Shown: piece by piece, positions 24,495 through 32,870 of the stretch
How the letters are laid out: the number at the start of each line of letters is the position of its first letter
How positions within the stretch are numbered: the stretch's first letter is position 1
Source of the DNA: Acidobacteria bacterium RIFCSPLOWO2_02_FULL_65_29
Lineage (GTDB): Bacteria > Acidobacteriota > Vicinamibacteria > Vicinamibacterales > CAVVIG01
Assembly: GCA_001767435.1 (NCBI GenBank)
Contig: MEKT01000036.1
Coordinates: forward strand, 11,391 to 75,390
DNA length: 64,000 bases
Direction of reading: 5' to 3'
Translations under genes and position numbers: made by a program
Notes under the pieces: generated by a model
What the model saw: the letters and a program-made list of their open reading frames with translations, nothing else
Told to the model about the DNA's origin: nothing
The model's database searches: none

Positions 24495-26614
24495 GGCCGG
24501 TCGGCCGGAATCACGTTGATGCGGATCTGGCGGATCACTTCGACGTTCACTCCCAGGCGGGACCGGCCCTCGACGCTCAGCACATAGGGCCCGGGCTTGA
24601 GGCCGGACATTGGAATGCGCGCAGTGTACCCGTAGCCGCCGCGCTTGCCTTCGAGCTCCTTCGAATCGCGCTCCTCTTCATTCTTGAAGAAGATCGTCCC
24701 CTCGTCGGATCGGATCATCGTGACGATGTCGACCCTGTGAGGCGGGGCGGTGCCATCGTCGTAGATCTCGGCAAAGACCGCGACCTCGTCGTTCTGCGAA
24801 AAGGCGCGCTGCGCAACCGGGGGCGCCGGGAGCACGGCCCTCAACTGGTCGTCGGCCTTGGCCGTGACCATGGATCCACCCGACAGCGAGGTGAGGACAA
24901 TGCCGCTCATGCCGAAACGCAGTTTGCTGTAGTCGGGGACGTCGAGGTCGAACAGCACCGATCCGACTTTACCGCCGGTGTCGTGCGTGGCGACGCGCAG
25001 CTGATACCGCCCTGGCGGAAGGTCGATGCGATTGAGGATCCGAAAGCCGGTCTGCTGCACGCGCGCCCGCGTCTCGGGCTTCAGGTTCATGGTGAGCGAG
25101 TTGTTCTGGAACCCGTGTGTCTTGCCTTTCGCGTCCACGGCCAGGTACGACACTTCGAGTTTGCCGTTGGGTTGGAGCGTCAGGTCGCGGCCGGCCACTT
25201 CGACGCCGAGGAGCACCGACGCGTTGGGCGCGACGCCCTTGAACGGCGCGGCGAACATGCGCATCGTGAGGCCGCTCACCTTGAGCGGGCTCTGCAGCGC
25301 TTCGCTGATCTCGGGCGACGGCGCGTCCTTGCCCGTCGTCTTCGCCGGCGCCTTCGGTTTCGGCGACATGTACCCGCGCCGGGCGCGGACCGTGAGGCCG
25401 GGCCGCGTCACGCGCACGTCGATGCGGTGGAACTTGCCGTCCCTCTTGTCGGTCGGCGGGTAGTACGCCAGCACGTAGTAGGTGCTGTTATCGCTGACGA
25501 TGCGGTCGAACGCGGTGGCGAACTGGTTCGTGTTGAGCGCGGCGAAGCCGCCCGTCTCGTCTGCGAGCGCGCGCAGGCTGTCCTGCGACATCTGGAGCTC
25601 GTTGCGCAGCGACGACTGGCCGATGCCCAGGCTCGCGTCGGCCTGGTCGGCGAGTGCCGTGACGCCGATGGTGTCGTCCGACAGCGACGAAAGCCCGCGC
25701 GGATCGATGCCGTAGATGCTGACGTTGGACCGAGCGGTCGCGGAAATCGTCTGGCGAATGTCGTCGATGATGCTCGACGCGGCGTTGCCCGGTGAGTCGA
25801 ACTGTCGGATGACATCGCTGATGTCGTAGTCGATCCCTTCGCTGACGAACAGAATCGTTTTCCTACGGCCGCGGACGCCGCTGAACCATTCCGCCACGTC
25901 TTGTAGCAGGCGGAGCGTCTGCTGCGCCTTGTACGCGCGCTCCTGCTCGTACGGATCCGGAATGCGGTTGTCCAGGATCCCCGTGCCCGCCTGGCGAAAA
26001 TATTCCGCGCTTCGAGCGAGCGTGATCGATTCGAGCTTCGTGCCCATGAACTTGTCGACCGAGGCCAGGAGCAGGCGCCTGTTGCTGGTGAACTCCTGCG
26101 AGGCGTCGGTCCGGCCCCCAGCGTGCACGATGGCCATGATGTCGTTCGCGCCGAGACTCCGCTGGATGAACTGGCGCGCGGCCGCTTTCACGCGCGACGA
26201 GCGGAGGACGTCGACATGCACATCGTCGAGAATCATCACGTAAATGCGGCCTTCGAAGGGCTCCTCGTTGCTCCCGACGTCGGGCTCGAGCGGATCGGGC
26301 TGGAAGAGCGGCCGGTCCGCCCGCTCGATCGGAATGTCGACCACGCTGAAGTTCGCGATCGTTTGCCGCGTGCCGTCCTCGGACACTTCGAAGTCGTCTC
26401 TCGTGAGGTCGCGGACGAAGCGTCCTTCCTTGTCGGTGACGAGCACGTCCACGTCGACGTAGTCGACCTGGACTTTGAAGGTCGGCGTTTGCGGCAGGGG
26501 GGCCGGCGCCTGCGGGGCCTGTCCGGCGAGGAGCGCGGGACCCGCGAGAAGCGCGGCGAGCACCGCAACGGCTAACAGCCCGTGGTGAACGTCTGGCGGC
26601 CTTCGCGTGATCAT
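24491..26614 (-). CDS. VWA domain protein of the acidobacterial VWFA-related type
   Basis: After the signal comes FKVQVDYVDVDVLVTDKEGRFVRDLTRDDFEVSEDG, the N-terminal module I associate with the acidobacterial VWFA family. A VWA core follows (YVMILDD..., TILFVSEG). Start at ATG 26614. Confidence 0.8.
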   Translation of the reverse strand: MITRRPPDVHHGLLAVAVLAALLAGPALLAGQAPQAPAPLPQTPTFKVQVDYVDVDVLVTDKEGRFVRDLTRDDFEVSEDGTRQTIANFSVVDIPIERADRPLFQPDPLEPDVGSNEEPFEGRIYVMILDDVHVDVLRSSRVKAAARQFIQRSLGANDIMAIVHAGGRTDASQEFTSNRRLLLASVDKFMGTKLESITLARSAEYFRQAGTGILDNRIPDPYEQERAYKAQQTLRLLQDVAEWFSGVRGRRKTILFVSEGIDYDISDVIRQFDSPGNAASSIIDDIRQTISATARSNVSIYGIDPRGLSSLSDDTIGVTALADQADASLGIGQSSLRNELQMSQDSLRALADETGGFAALNTNQFATAFDRIVSDNSTYYVLAYYPPTDKRDGKFHRIDVRVTRPGLTVRARRGYMSPKPKAPAKTTGKDAPSPEISEALQSPLKVSGLTMRMFAAPFKGVAPNASVLLGVEVAGRDLTLQPNGKLEVSYLAVDAKGKTHGFQNNSLTMNLKPETRARVQQTGFRILNRIDLPPGRYQLRVATHDTGGKVGSVLFDLDVPDYSKLRFGMSGIVLTSLSGGSMVTAKADDQLRAVLPAPPVAQRAFSQNDEVAVFAEIYDDGTAPPHRVDIVTMIRSDEGTIFFKNEEERDSKELEGKRGGYGYTARIPMSGLKPGPYVLSVEGRSRLGVNVEVIRQIRINVIPADRP

Positions 26615-26714
26615 GACTACGGCTCTCCCACTTGGCCGTCCCGGGAGTATCCGAGTCTCCACGGCGACGGGACACGGCGCTGGCATGGCCGGTGGCTCGA
26701 TTATACTGGGGATA

Positions 26715-27950
26715 ATGGCTGGGATTGCCGTTCCATTGGCAACACTCGACGTGGCGGCCGTACGCGAGGCGCTCGAGGCCGAAGGCCTCGACGGCTGGCT
26801 GCTCTACGACTTCCACGGCCTCAACCCGATTGCCCTCGACGTCACGGGCGTGGGCCGGCAGGGCGGGCACCTGGCGACGCGCCGGTGGTACTACCTCATC
26901 CCTGCCAACGGCGAGCCGCGTGGCCTCGTCCACGCGATCGAATCGCAGACGCTCGCGCACCTGCCGGGCGCCACGGAACGCTATGCCGGGCGCGAGCAGC
27001 TCGAAGCCGGGCTGAGGCGGCTCGTCGCAGGCCTCCGGACGCCAGAGGGTCTGTCCGGTTCGGCGCGCGTCGCGATGGAGTACTCGCCGGGCTGCGCGAT
27101 TCCCTACATCTCGCGCGTGGATGCGGGCACGATCGAGCTGATCCGACAGTTCGGCGTGGACGTGGTGTCGTCGGCTGATCTCGTCCAGCGGTTCGCGGCG
27201 GTGTGGCACGACGAGGAAACCCTCGCGCATCACGCGGCAGCGGTGAAGCTGTATCGCATCAAGGACCGCGCGTTCGAAACCGTCGCGCGCCGGACGCGAG
27301 ACCGCGTGGCGACGACCGAGTACGACATTCAGCAACGCATGGTCGAATGGTTCGCCGAAGAAGGCCTGGTGAGCGACTCGCCGCCCAACGTGTCGGTGGC
27401 CGGGAACGCGGGCAACCCGCACTACCTGCCGACCGCGTCCTCGTCGCGAGCCATTCACGCGGACCAGGTCGTGCTCCTCGATCTGTGGGGCAAACTCGAT
27501 CGGCCGGGCGCGGTGTACGCCGACATCACCTGGGTGGGCTACACCGGTCGAGCGGCGCCCGATCGGATCGCCAGGGCGTTTTCCTCCGTTCGCGACGCCC
27601 GCGACACGGCCGTCGCGCTGGTTCAGGGCCGCGTCCGTGCCGATAAGGACGTGCGCGGTTTCGAAGTGGACCGCGCGGCCTCGGGCGTTTTGCGCGAGGC
27701 GGGCTACGGCGCCCACATCCTGCATCGCACTGGCCACAGCCTGGGCGAATCGGTGCATGGCGTCGGCGTGAACATGGACGACTACGAGACGCACGACGAT
27801 CGGCGCCTCCTACCCGGCACCGGCTTTACGATTGAGCCTGGCGTCTATTTCGAGGACTTCGGCGTCCGCTCGGAAATCAACCTGATCGTGCAGCCCGGCG
27901 ACGTGATCGTCACGGGCCCGGCTCAGACCGAACTGGTGACACTGACGTGA
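26715..27950 (+). CDS. M24-family metallopeptidase (Xaa-Pro aminopeptidase/dipeptidase)
   Basis: HRTGHSLGESVHGVG and FTIEPGVYF motifs. The start is either ATG 26715 or ATG 26685. Confidence 0.8.
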   Translation: MAGIAVPLATLDVAAVREALEAEGLDGWLLYDFHGLNPIALDVTGVGRQGGHLATRRWYYLIPANGEPRGLVHAIESQTLAHLPGATERYAGREQLEAGLRRLVAGLRTPEGLSGSARVAMEYSPGCAIPYISRVDAGTIELIRQFGVDVVSSADLVQRFAAVWHDEETLAHHAAAVKLYRIKDRAFETVARRTRDRVATTEYDIQQRMVEWFAEEGLVSDSPPNVSVAGNAGNPHYLPTASSSRAIHADQVVLLDLWGKLDRPGAVYADITWVGYTGRAAPDRIARAFSSVRDARDTAVALVQGRVRADKDVRGFEVDRAASGVLREAGYGAHILHRTGHSLGESVHGVGVNMDDYETHDDRRLLPGTGFTIEPGVYFEDFGVRSEINLIVQPGDVIVTGPAQTELVTLT

Positions 27951-27993
27951 CGAGCGTCGCACAATTGGCCGACGACGAAAACCGCGGAGCACG

Positions 27994-28043
27994 CATCCCT
28001 CGACTTCGCTCGGGATGCCCTGAGCGAGGGTCGAAGGGCAGAG
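27994..28043. repeat. GC-rich nested-hairpin REP-like element, short variant, copy 4
   Basis: Sequence catccctcgacttcgctcgggatgccctgagcgagggtcgaagggcagag. Confidence 0.85.
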
Positions 28044-28087
28044 ACCGCAGATCAGCCCATTCTTGAAGCCTCCGCGAGATCTGCGGT
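28044..28087. other. 10-bp inverted repeat ACCGCAGATC / GATCTGCGGT with a 24-nt loop
   Basis: Arms at 28044-28053 and 28078-28087. Directly abuts REP copy 4, upstream of degP. Confidence 0.7.
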
Positions 28088-28152
28088 GATCGTCGTGTTC
28101 GTCATTCGGCAACGTGCTCTGAGATTATTTTTTCACGTGGTACGGAGGAACA

Positions 28153-29721
28153 ATGTCAACCCGTAAGACTGGTCTCGTTTACACCCTGCTCGTCCTCGTG
28201 TCGGGCCTCGCCGTCGGCATGGTGATTGCGTCGCGCCTGGACCTGGCACCGCAGTCGGCGGCCCAGAGCATCGCCGCGCCGCCGATGAACAGCGCGCCGA
28301 TCACCGGGGCGCTCGACGCGCAGACCTTCCGCAACATCGCCAAGGCGCAGTCGCCGATGGTCGTGAGCATCCGGACCTTGTCACGCCAGCGCGGACAGGA
28401 CCTGTCCGATTTCTTCGGCGGCGGCGCGCCCGACGACTTGTTGCGGCGCTTCTTCGGAACGCCCGGAGGACAGGATCCGAGCGCGCCGGACCAGGGGCCG
28501 GGGCCCCGGCGCCAGCCGCGCGAGCAGACAACGGTGGCCTCGGGCAGCGGGTTCATTCTGAACAAGGACGGCCTGATCCTGACCAACAACCACGTCGTCG
28601 AGGGCGCTACCAAGATCGAGGTCGGGCTCTTCGGTGAAGATCCCGATCAGCTGTACCAGGCGAAGATCATCGGGCGCGACGAGCTCACCGACAGCGCGCT
28701 CATCCAGCTCACCGAACGGCCGGAGCACACGCTGCCGGAAGCGAAGTTCGGCGACTCGTCGCAGATGGCGGCCGGCGACTGGGTGGTCGCGATCGGCAAT
28801 CCCTTCAACTTGAATCACACGGTCACGGTCGGCGTCATCAGCCGCACCGAGCCGTCGTTCCAGGTCGCCGACCGCCGTTTCAACGAGATGCTGCAGACCG
28901 ACGCGGCGATCAATCCGGGCAACTCGGGCGGGCCGCTCCTGAACCTGCGCGGCGAAGTGATCGGGATGAACACGGCCATCATCAGCAACGGCCGCGCCGA
29001 GGGGAACATCGGTGTGGGCTTCGCCGTGCCGAGCAACACGCTGCGCGATCTGTTGCCGCAGCTCAGCACGGGCAAGGTGACGCGGGGCAGGATCGGTGTC
29101 GAAGTGCGGAACGTGCCGATCGACGCCTATCAGGACTTCGGGCTCAAGTCGCGGGCGGGCGCCATCGCCGCGCGAATCGAGCCCGGCAGCGCGGCCGACA
29201 AGGGCGGAATCGAACCCGGCGACGTCATCGTCGAATACAACGGCCGCGCCGTGGCCAACACCGGGGAGCTCGTGAAGATGGTCACGGCCACTCGGCCCGG
29301 GACATCGGTGCCCGTGAAGGTGATGCGGGACAAGCGCGAACGAACGCTCACCGTGACCATCGACGAACTGGATCTCGCGGCCGAGCAGACGGGGCGCGCC
29401 AACCCGGAGCGGCAGGCGCCTGACGACCGGAGCGGCGAAAGCTTCGGCTTGGCGCTGCAGAACCTGACCCCGCAACGCGCGCGACAACTCGAGATGCCGT
29501 CGGGCCAGTCCGGCGCGCTCGTGACCGACGTGGATCCGAACGGGCCGTCGGCCGGACAAATCAGGCCGGGCGACGTCATCCTGTCGGTCAACCGCCAGCG
29601 CGTCTCGAGCGCGGTGGAAGCCGGACGCGAGCTCGATCGGGCGCCGTCGGGACGCATCGCGCAGATTCTCCTCTGGCGGCGCGACGAGGGCCAGGTGTTC
29701 GTCACGATTAGAAAAGACTGA
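28153..29721 (+). CDS. degP: Do/DegP/HtrA-family periplasmic serine protease with two PDZ domains
   Basis: TNNHVV (catalytic His), D..LIQL, GNSGGPLLN (catalytic Ser), then two PDZ-like segments. RBS ggagga upstream. Confidence 0.9.
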   Translation: MSTRKTGLVYTLLVLVSGLAVGMVIASRLDLAPQSAAQSIAAPPMNSAPITGALDAQTFRNIAKAQSPMVVSIRTLSRQRGQDLSDFFGGGAPDDLLRRFFGTPGGQDPSAPDQGPGPRRQPREQTTVASGSGFILNKDGLILTNNHVVEGATKIEVGLFGEDPDQLYQAKIIGRDELTDSALIQLTERPEHTLPEAKFGDSSQMAAGDWVVAIGNPFNLNHTVTVGVISRTEPSFQVADRRFNEMLQTDAAINPGNSGGPLLNLRGEVIGMNTAIISNGRAEGNIGVGFAVPSNTLRDLLPQLSTGKVTRGRIGVEVRNVPIDAYQDFGLKSRAGAIAARIEPGSAADKGGIEPGDVIVEYNGRAVANTGELVKMVTATRPGTSVPVKVMRDKRERTLTVTIDELDLAAEQTGRANPERQAPDDRSGESFGLALQNLTPQRARQLEMPSGQSGALVTDVDPNGPSAGQIRPGDVILSVNRQRVSSAVEAGRELDRAPSGRIAQILLWRRDEGQVFVTIRKD

Positions 29722-29756
29722 AATCTGAAGATGTGAAAATTCAGAGTTCAGAGTTC
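29718..29756. repeat. hairpin built from CTGAA / TTCAGAG words (W7)
   Basis: Sequence ctgaaatctgaagatgtgaaaattcagagttcagagttc, directly after the degP stop and abutting REP copy 5. Confidence 0.6.
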
Positions 29757-29802
29757 ATCCTTCGACAAGCTCAGGATGCCCTGAGCTCGCCGAAGGGCAG
29801 AG
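29756..29802. repeat. GC-rich nested-hairpin REP-like element, short variant, copy 5
   Basis: Sequence catccttcgacaagctcaggatgccctgagctcgccgaagggcagag. It lies inside the 5' end of track ORF 29733-31055, which argues for a downstream start. Confidence 0.85.
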
Positions 29803-29816
29803 TTCAGATTGCGAAC

Positions 29817-31055
29817 GTGATCCGTGAGCGCGGCCCGATGACGGTGGCCGCGTTCATGGACCTCGCGCTCTACGATCCCAAGCTCGGTTACTACGCCCGC
29901 GCGGCCAGGCGATCGGGGCGCGCGGGCGATTTTTTCACCAGCGTCGATGTCGGCGCCGTCTTCGGCGAGCTGCTGGCCGTGCAGATCGCGGAGATGGCCG
30001 GAATCCTCACACATCTCACCGCAGAGGACGCGAAGGACGCAGAGGACGAAACCCGAGATGCTCGGGACGTGACCTCGGCGTCCTCGGTGAAACGAGTGGA
30101 CCTGGTAGAAGCAGGCGCGGGTGACGGGCGCCTCGCGGCTGACATCCTTCGCGCTCTCCGCCTCCGCGCGTCAGCCGTGTACGACCGCACGTGCCTGCAT
30201 TTGGCCGAGGCCAGCGCGGCGGCACGCGACGCCCAGCGCGCAACGCTCGGCGAGACGGCCGATCGGCTCGTGACATCCGCGCCGGACCTCCCTCAGTCGT
30301 TCGAGGGCGTCCTCCTGGCCAACGAGCTCCTTGACGCGCTGCCGGTCCACCAGGTGGTCATGCGTGACGCCGGCCTGCGCGAAGTCTACGTGAGCGCCCG
30401 TGGAAACGACGCGCGGCTCACCCTGCGCGAGGGCGCGCTGTCGACGCGGGCGCTCGCCGACTACCTGGCGCGCCTCGACGTGTCGCTCGAGCCGGGCTGG
30501 CGAGTGGAAGTCCGTCTGTCCGCCATCGACTGGGTGCGCCATGCGGCGCGGCGGCTCCAGCGCGGGTTCATCATCCTGATCGATTACGGCCACGAAGCGC
30601 GCGAGTTGTACTCGGTCACCCACGCGGCCGGTACGCTCGCGACTTTCTCGCGCCACACGACCGAGAGCGCCGGTTCGGCGGCCTCGGAGACGCCGTGGCT
30701 TCTTCGGCCCGGCGAGCAGGACATCACCGCTCACGTGGACTTCACGAGCGTCCGCGCGGCTGCCGAGGAAGAAGGCCTCGTGACGCTCGGCTACATGGAT
30801 CAGACGTACTTCTTGCTCGGCCTCGCCGTGTCCGCGAACCCCGAGAACCTCGCGGGGGAACCGAACCTCGCGGGAGCACCGAACCTCGCAGGGGCACTGA
30901 ACCTCGCAGGGGCACTGAACCTTAAGAAGCGCCTGGCCTTGAAAACCCTCGTGCTGCCCGGCGGCCTCGGCAGCACGATGAAGGTGCTGATCCTGGGCAA
31001 GGGCGTGGGCACGCCGGCGCTTCGGGGCTGCTCGTTCAAAACGAGGGTCACATGA
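29817..31055 (+). CDS. class I SAM-dependent methyltransferase, MidA/NDUFAF7 (DUF185) family
   Basis: IRERGPMTVAAFMDLALYDPKLGYYA...GDFFTSVDVG..FGELLA is the family's N-terminal signature. Start is GTG 29817 (or ATG 29838), downstream of the REP element. Confidence 0.75.
   Translation: MIRERGPMTVAAFMDLALYDPKLGYYARAARRSGRAGDFFTSVDVGAVFGELLAVQIAEMAGILTHLTAEDAKDAEDETRDARDVTSASSVKRVDLVEAGAGDGRLAADILRALRLRASAVYDRTCLHLAEASAAARDAQRATLGETADRLVTSAPDLPQSFEGVLLANELLDALPVHQVVMRDAGLREVYVSARGNDARLTLREGALSTRALADYLARLDVSLEPGWRVEVRLSAIDWVRHAARRLQRGFIILIDYGHEARELYSVTHAAGTLATFSRHTTESAGSAASETPWLLRPGEQDITAHVDFTSVRAAAEEEGLVTLGYMDQTYFLLGLAVSANPENLAGEPNLAGAPNLAGALNLAGALNLKKRLALKTLVLPGGLGSTMKVLILGKGVGTPALRGCSFKTRVT
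30845..30922 (+). repeat. in-frame 18-bp tandem repeat (4.3 copies) inside the methyltransferase CDS
   Basis: Units start at 30845, 30863, 30881, 30899 and 30917 (gaacctcgc[g/a]gg[g/a]g[a/c]ac[c/t]). They encode NLAGEP NLAGAP NLAGAL NLAGAL NL. Confidence 0.9.
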
Positions 31056-31933
31056 ACGTCTGGGCCATCGCCGGCCTGATCGTCATGGTCCTCTCGCAGG
31101 CTGCAACGCTCGCCGGCCTCGAGCCCTTCGCGTCGTGGAACACGCCGATCGCCTGGACGGGCTTCATCGTCTTTGCCGACAGCCTCGTCTGGCAGGCGCG
31201 CGGCCGCTCCTGGCTTCGATCGTCGCCCGGCGAGTTTGCGTTTCTCGCGATCGTCTCGATCCCGCTCTGGCTGGTCTTCGAGTTCTTCAACCTCTATCTC
31301 GACAACTGGTATTACGTGGGGTTGCCGGAACACGCGGCGCTGCGCCTCTTTGGCTACGCCTGGTCGTTTGCGACCATCTGGCCTGCCATCTTCGAGGCCG
31401 CAGACCTGATCGGCGTCTGGCGCGGAGCACCGCGGGCGTTTGGTATCACCGAGACAGACACCTATTGGGTCGTGGGAGGCACATCGAAGATTCACGCAGG
31501 GCTGTCGATCGCGATTGGGGCCGCGATGCTGGCCGCGCCGTTCGTGGTGTCGCCCTCCGTCGCCCGCTATCTGGCCGCACCGGTCTGGCTCGGCTTCATT
31601 CTTCTGCTCGATCCCGTCAACCGCCGCATGGGCAGCGAGTCGCTCGCGGGCGACCTGAGCCATGGCCAATTCGATCGTCTGAAGAACCTGATCCTCAGCG
31701 GGTTCCTCTGCGGCATCCTCTGGGAGCTCTGGAACTACTGGGCGCGGGCCAAGTGGCATTACACGGTGCCCATCATGGAGAATCTGAAGATCTTCGAGAT
31801 GCCCGTGCCCGGCTACCTGGGCTTTCCGGCGTTCGCGCTCGAGTGCTTCACGATGTACGTGTTTACACGAACGCTGTTCGCGCGCGTCCTGCCCGGACCC
31901 GGCCGGGCCATCGGGGTCCCGATTGCGCGGTGA
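31052..31933 (+). CDS. hypothetical polytopic membrane protein, translationally coupled to the methyltransferase
   Basis: 293 aa with about 8 TM segments. Its ATG overlaps the upstream TGA (ATGA at 31052-31055). I recognise no family. Confidence 0.5.
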   Translation: MNVWAIAGLIVMVLSQAATLAGLEPFASWNTPIAWTGFIVFADSLVWQARGRSWLRSSPGEFAFLAIVSIPLWLVFEFFNLYLDNWYYVGLPEHAALRLFGYAWSFATIWPAIFEAADLIGVWRGAPRAFGITETDTYWVVGGTSKIHAGLSIAIGAAMLAAPFVVSPSVARYLAAPVWLGFILLLDPVNRRMGSESLAGDLSHGQFDRLKNLILSGFLCGILWELWNYWARAKWHYTVPIMENLKIFEMPVPGYLGFPAFALECFTMYVFTRTLFARVLPGPGRAIGVPIAR

Positions 31934-31955
31934 CTGATGGCGCCGTCACCTCGAC

Positions 31956-32870
31956 ATGCGCTCTGACGTGACTCCGCCACGCCACGCGTTGTTGCTCACG
32001 GCCGGGATTGGCACGCGGCTGCGTCCGCTGACGTTGGTGCGCGCCAAAGCCGCGATCCCGGTCGCCGGGGTGCCGCTGGCGCGGCGCATCGTCAGCTGGT
32101 TGGCCGGCAACGGCGTGACCGACCTGGTCGTCAACCTGCATCATCTGCCGGCCACGATCACGGCAGTGCTGGGAGATGGCAGCGATCTCGGCGCGCGCAT
32201 TCGGTACTCGTGGGAACAGCCGGTCGTGCTCGGGAGCGCGGGCGGTCCGAGACAGGCGCTGCCGCTCGTCGGCGCCGATCGGTTCCTGATCGTCAACGGC
32301 GACGTGCTCACCGACGTGGATCTTCACGCGCTTGCCGCGGCGCACGCCTCGTCGGGCGCGATGGTCACGCTGGCGCTCGTGCCGAATCGCGAGCCGCTCC
32401 GCTATGGCGGCGTGCGGCTCGACGAACGTCGCCAGGTCGTCGGCTTCGTGACGCGTGGGCCCGCCGCCGCCGGCTCGTTCCATTTCATCGGTCCGCAGAT
32501 GGTGGAGGCGGCGGCGTTTCAGTCGGTCCCGATGGGGCGTCCGATGAGCTCGATCGGCCGCCTGTACGACGACCTGCTGGCCTCGCGGCCGGGCAGCGTT
32601 CGAGGGTTCGTCTCGAATGCGTCGTACTGGGATATCGGCACGGTCGCGGACTACTGGGCAAGCTCTGTCGCGCTCGCCGGGCCGGAGGCTGCCGCGGCGA
32701 GCAGGTCGATTCTGTGGGACGATGTACGGATCGGAGAAGGCGCCGTGCTCGATGAATGCATTGTCACCGATGGCGTCTCGGTGCCGCCCGGCCGGCGCTA
32801 TCGCCGGATGATTCTGCTGAACGCTCCCTCGGGCGCGCCCGTCGCGACCCCCTTCGATGTCCGGCCGTGA
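31956..32870 (+). CDS. sugar-phosphate nucleotidyltransferase (MurU-like)
   Basis: The N-terminal LLLTAGIGTRLRPLT..AKAAIPV loop is the G-x-G-T-R-L NTP-transferase signature. Coupled to the downstream kinase. Confidence 0.7.
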   Translation: MRSDVTPPRHALLLTAGIGTRLRPLTLVRAKAAIPVAGVPLARRIVSWLAGNGVTDLVVNLHHLPATITAVLGDGSDLGARIRYSWEQPVVLGSAGGPRQALPLVGADRFLIVNGDVLTDVDLHALAAAHASSGAMVTLALVPNREPLRYGGVRLDERRQVVGFVTRGPAAAGSFHFIGPQMVEAAAFQSVPMGRPMSSIGRLYDDLLASRPGSVRGFVSNASYWDIGTVADYWASSVALAGPEAAAASRSILWDDVRIGEGAVLDECIVTDGVSVPPGRRYRRMILLNAPSGAPVATPFDVRP

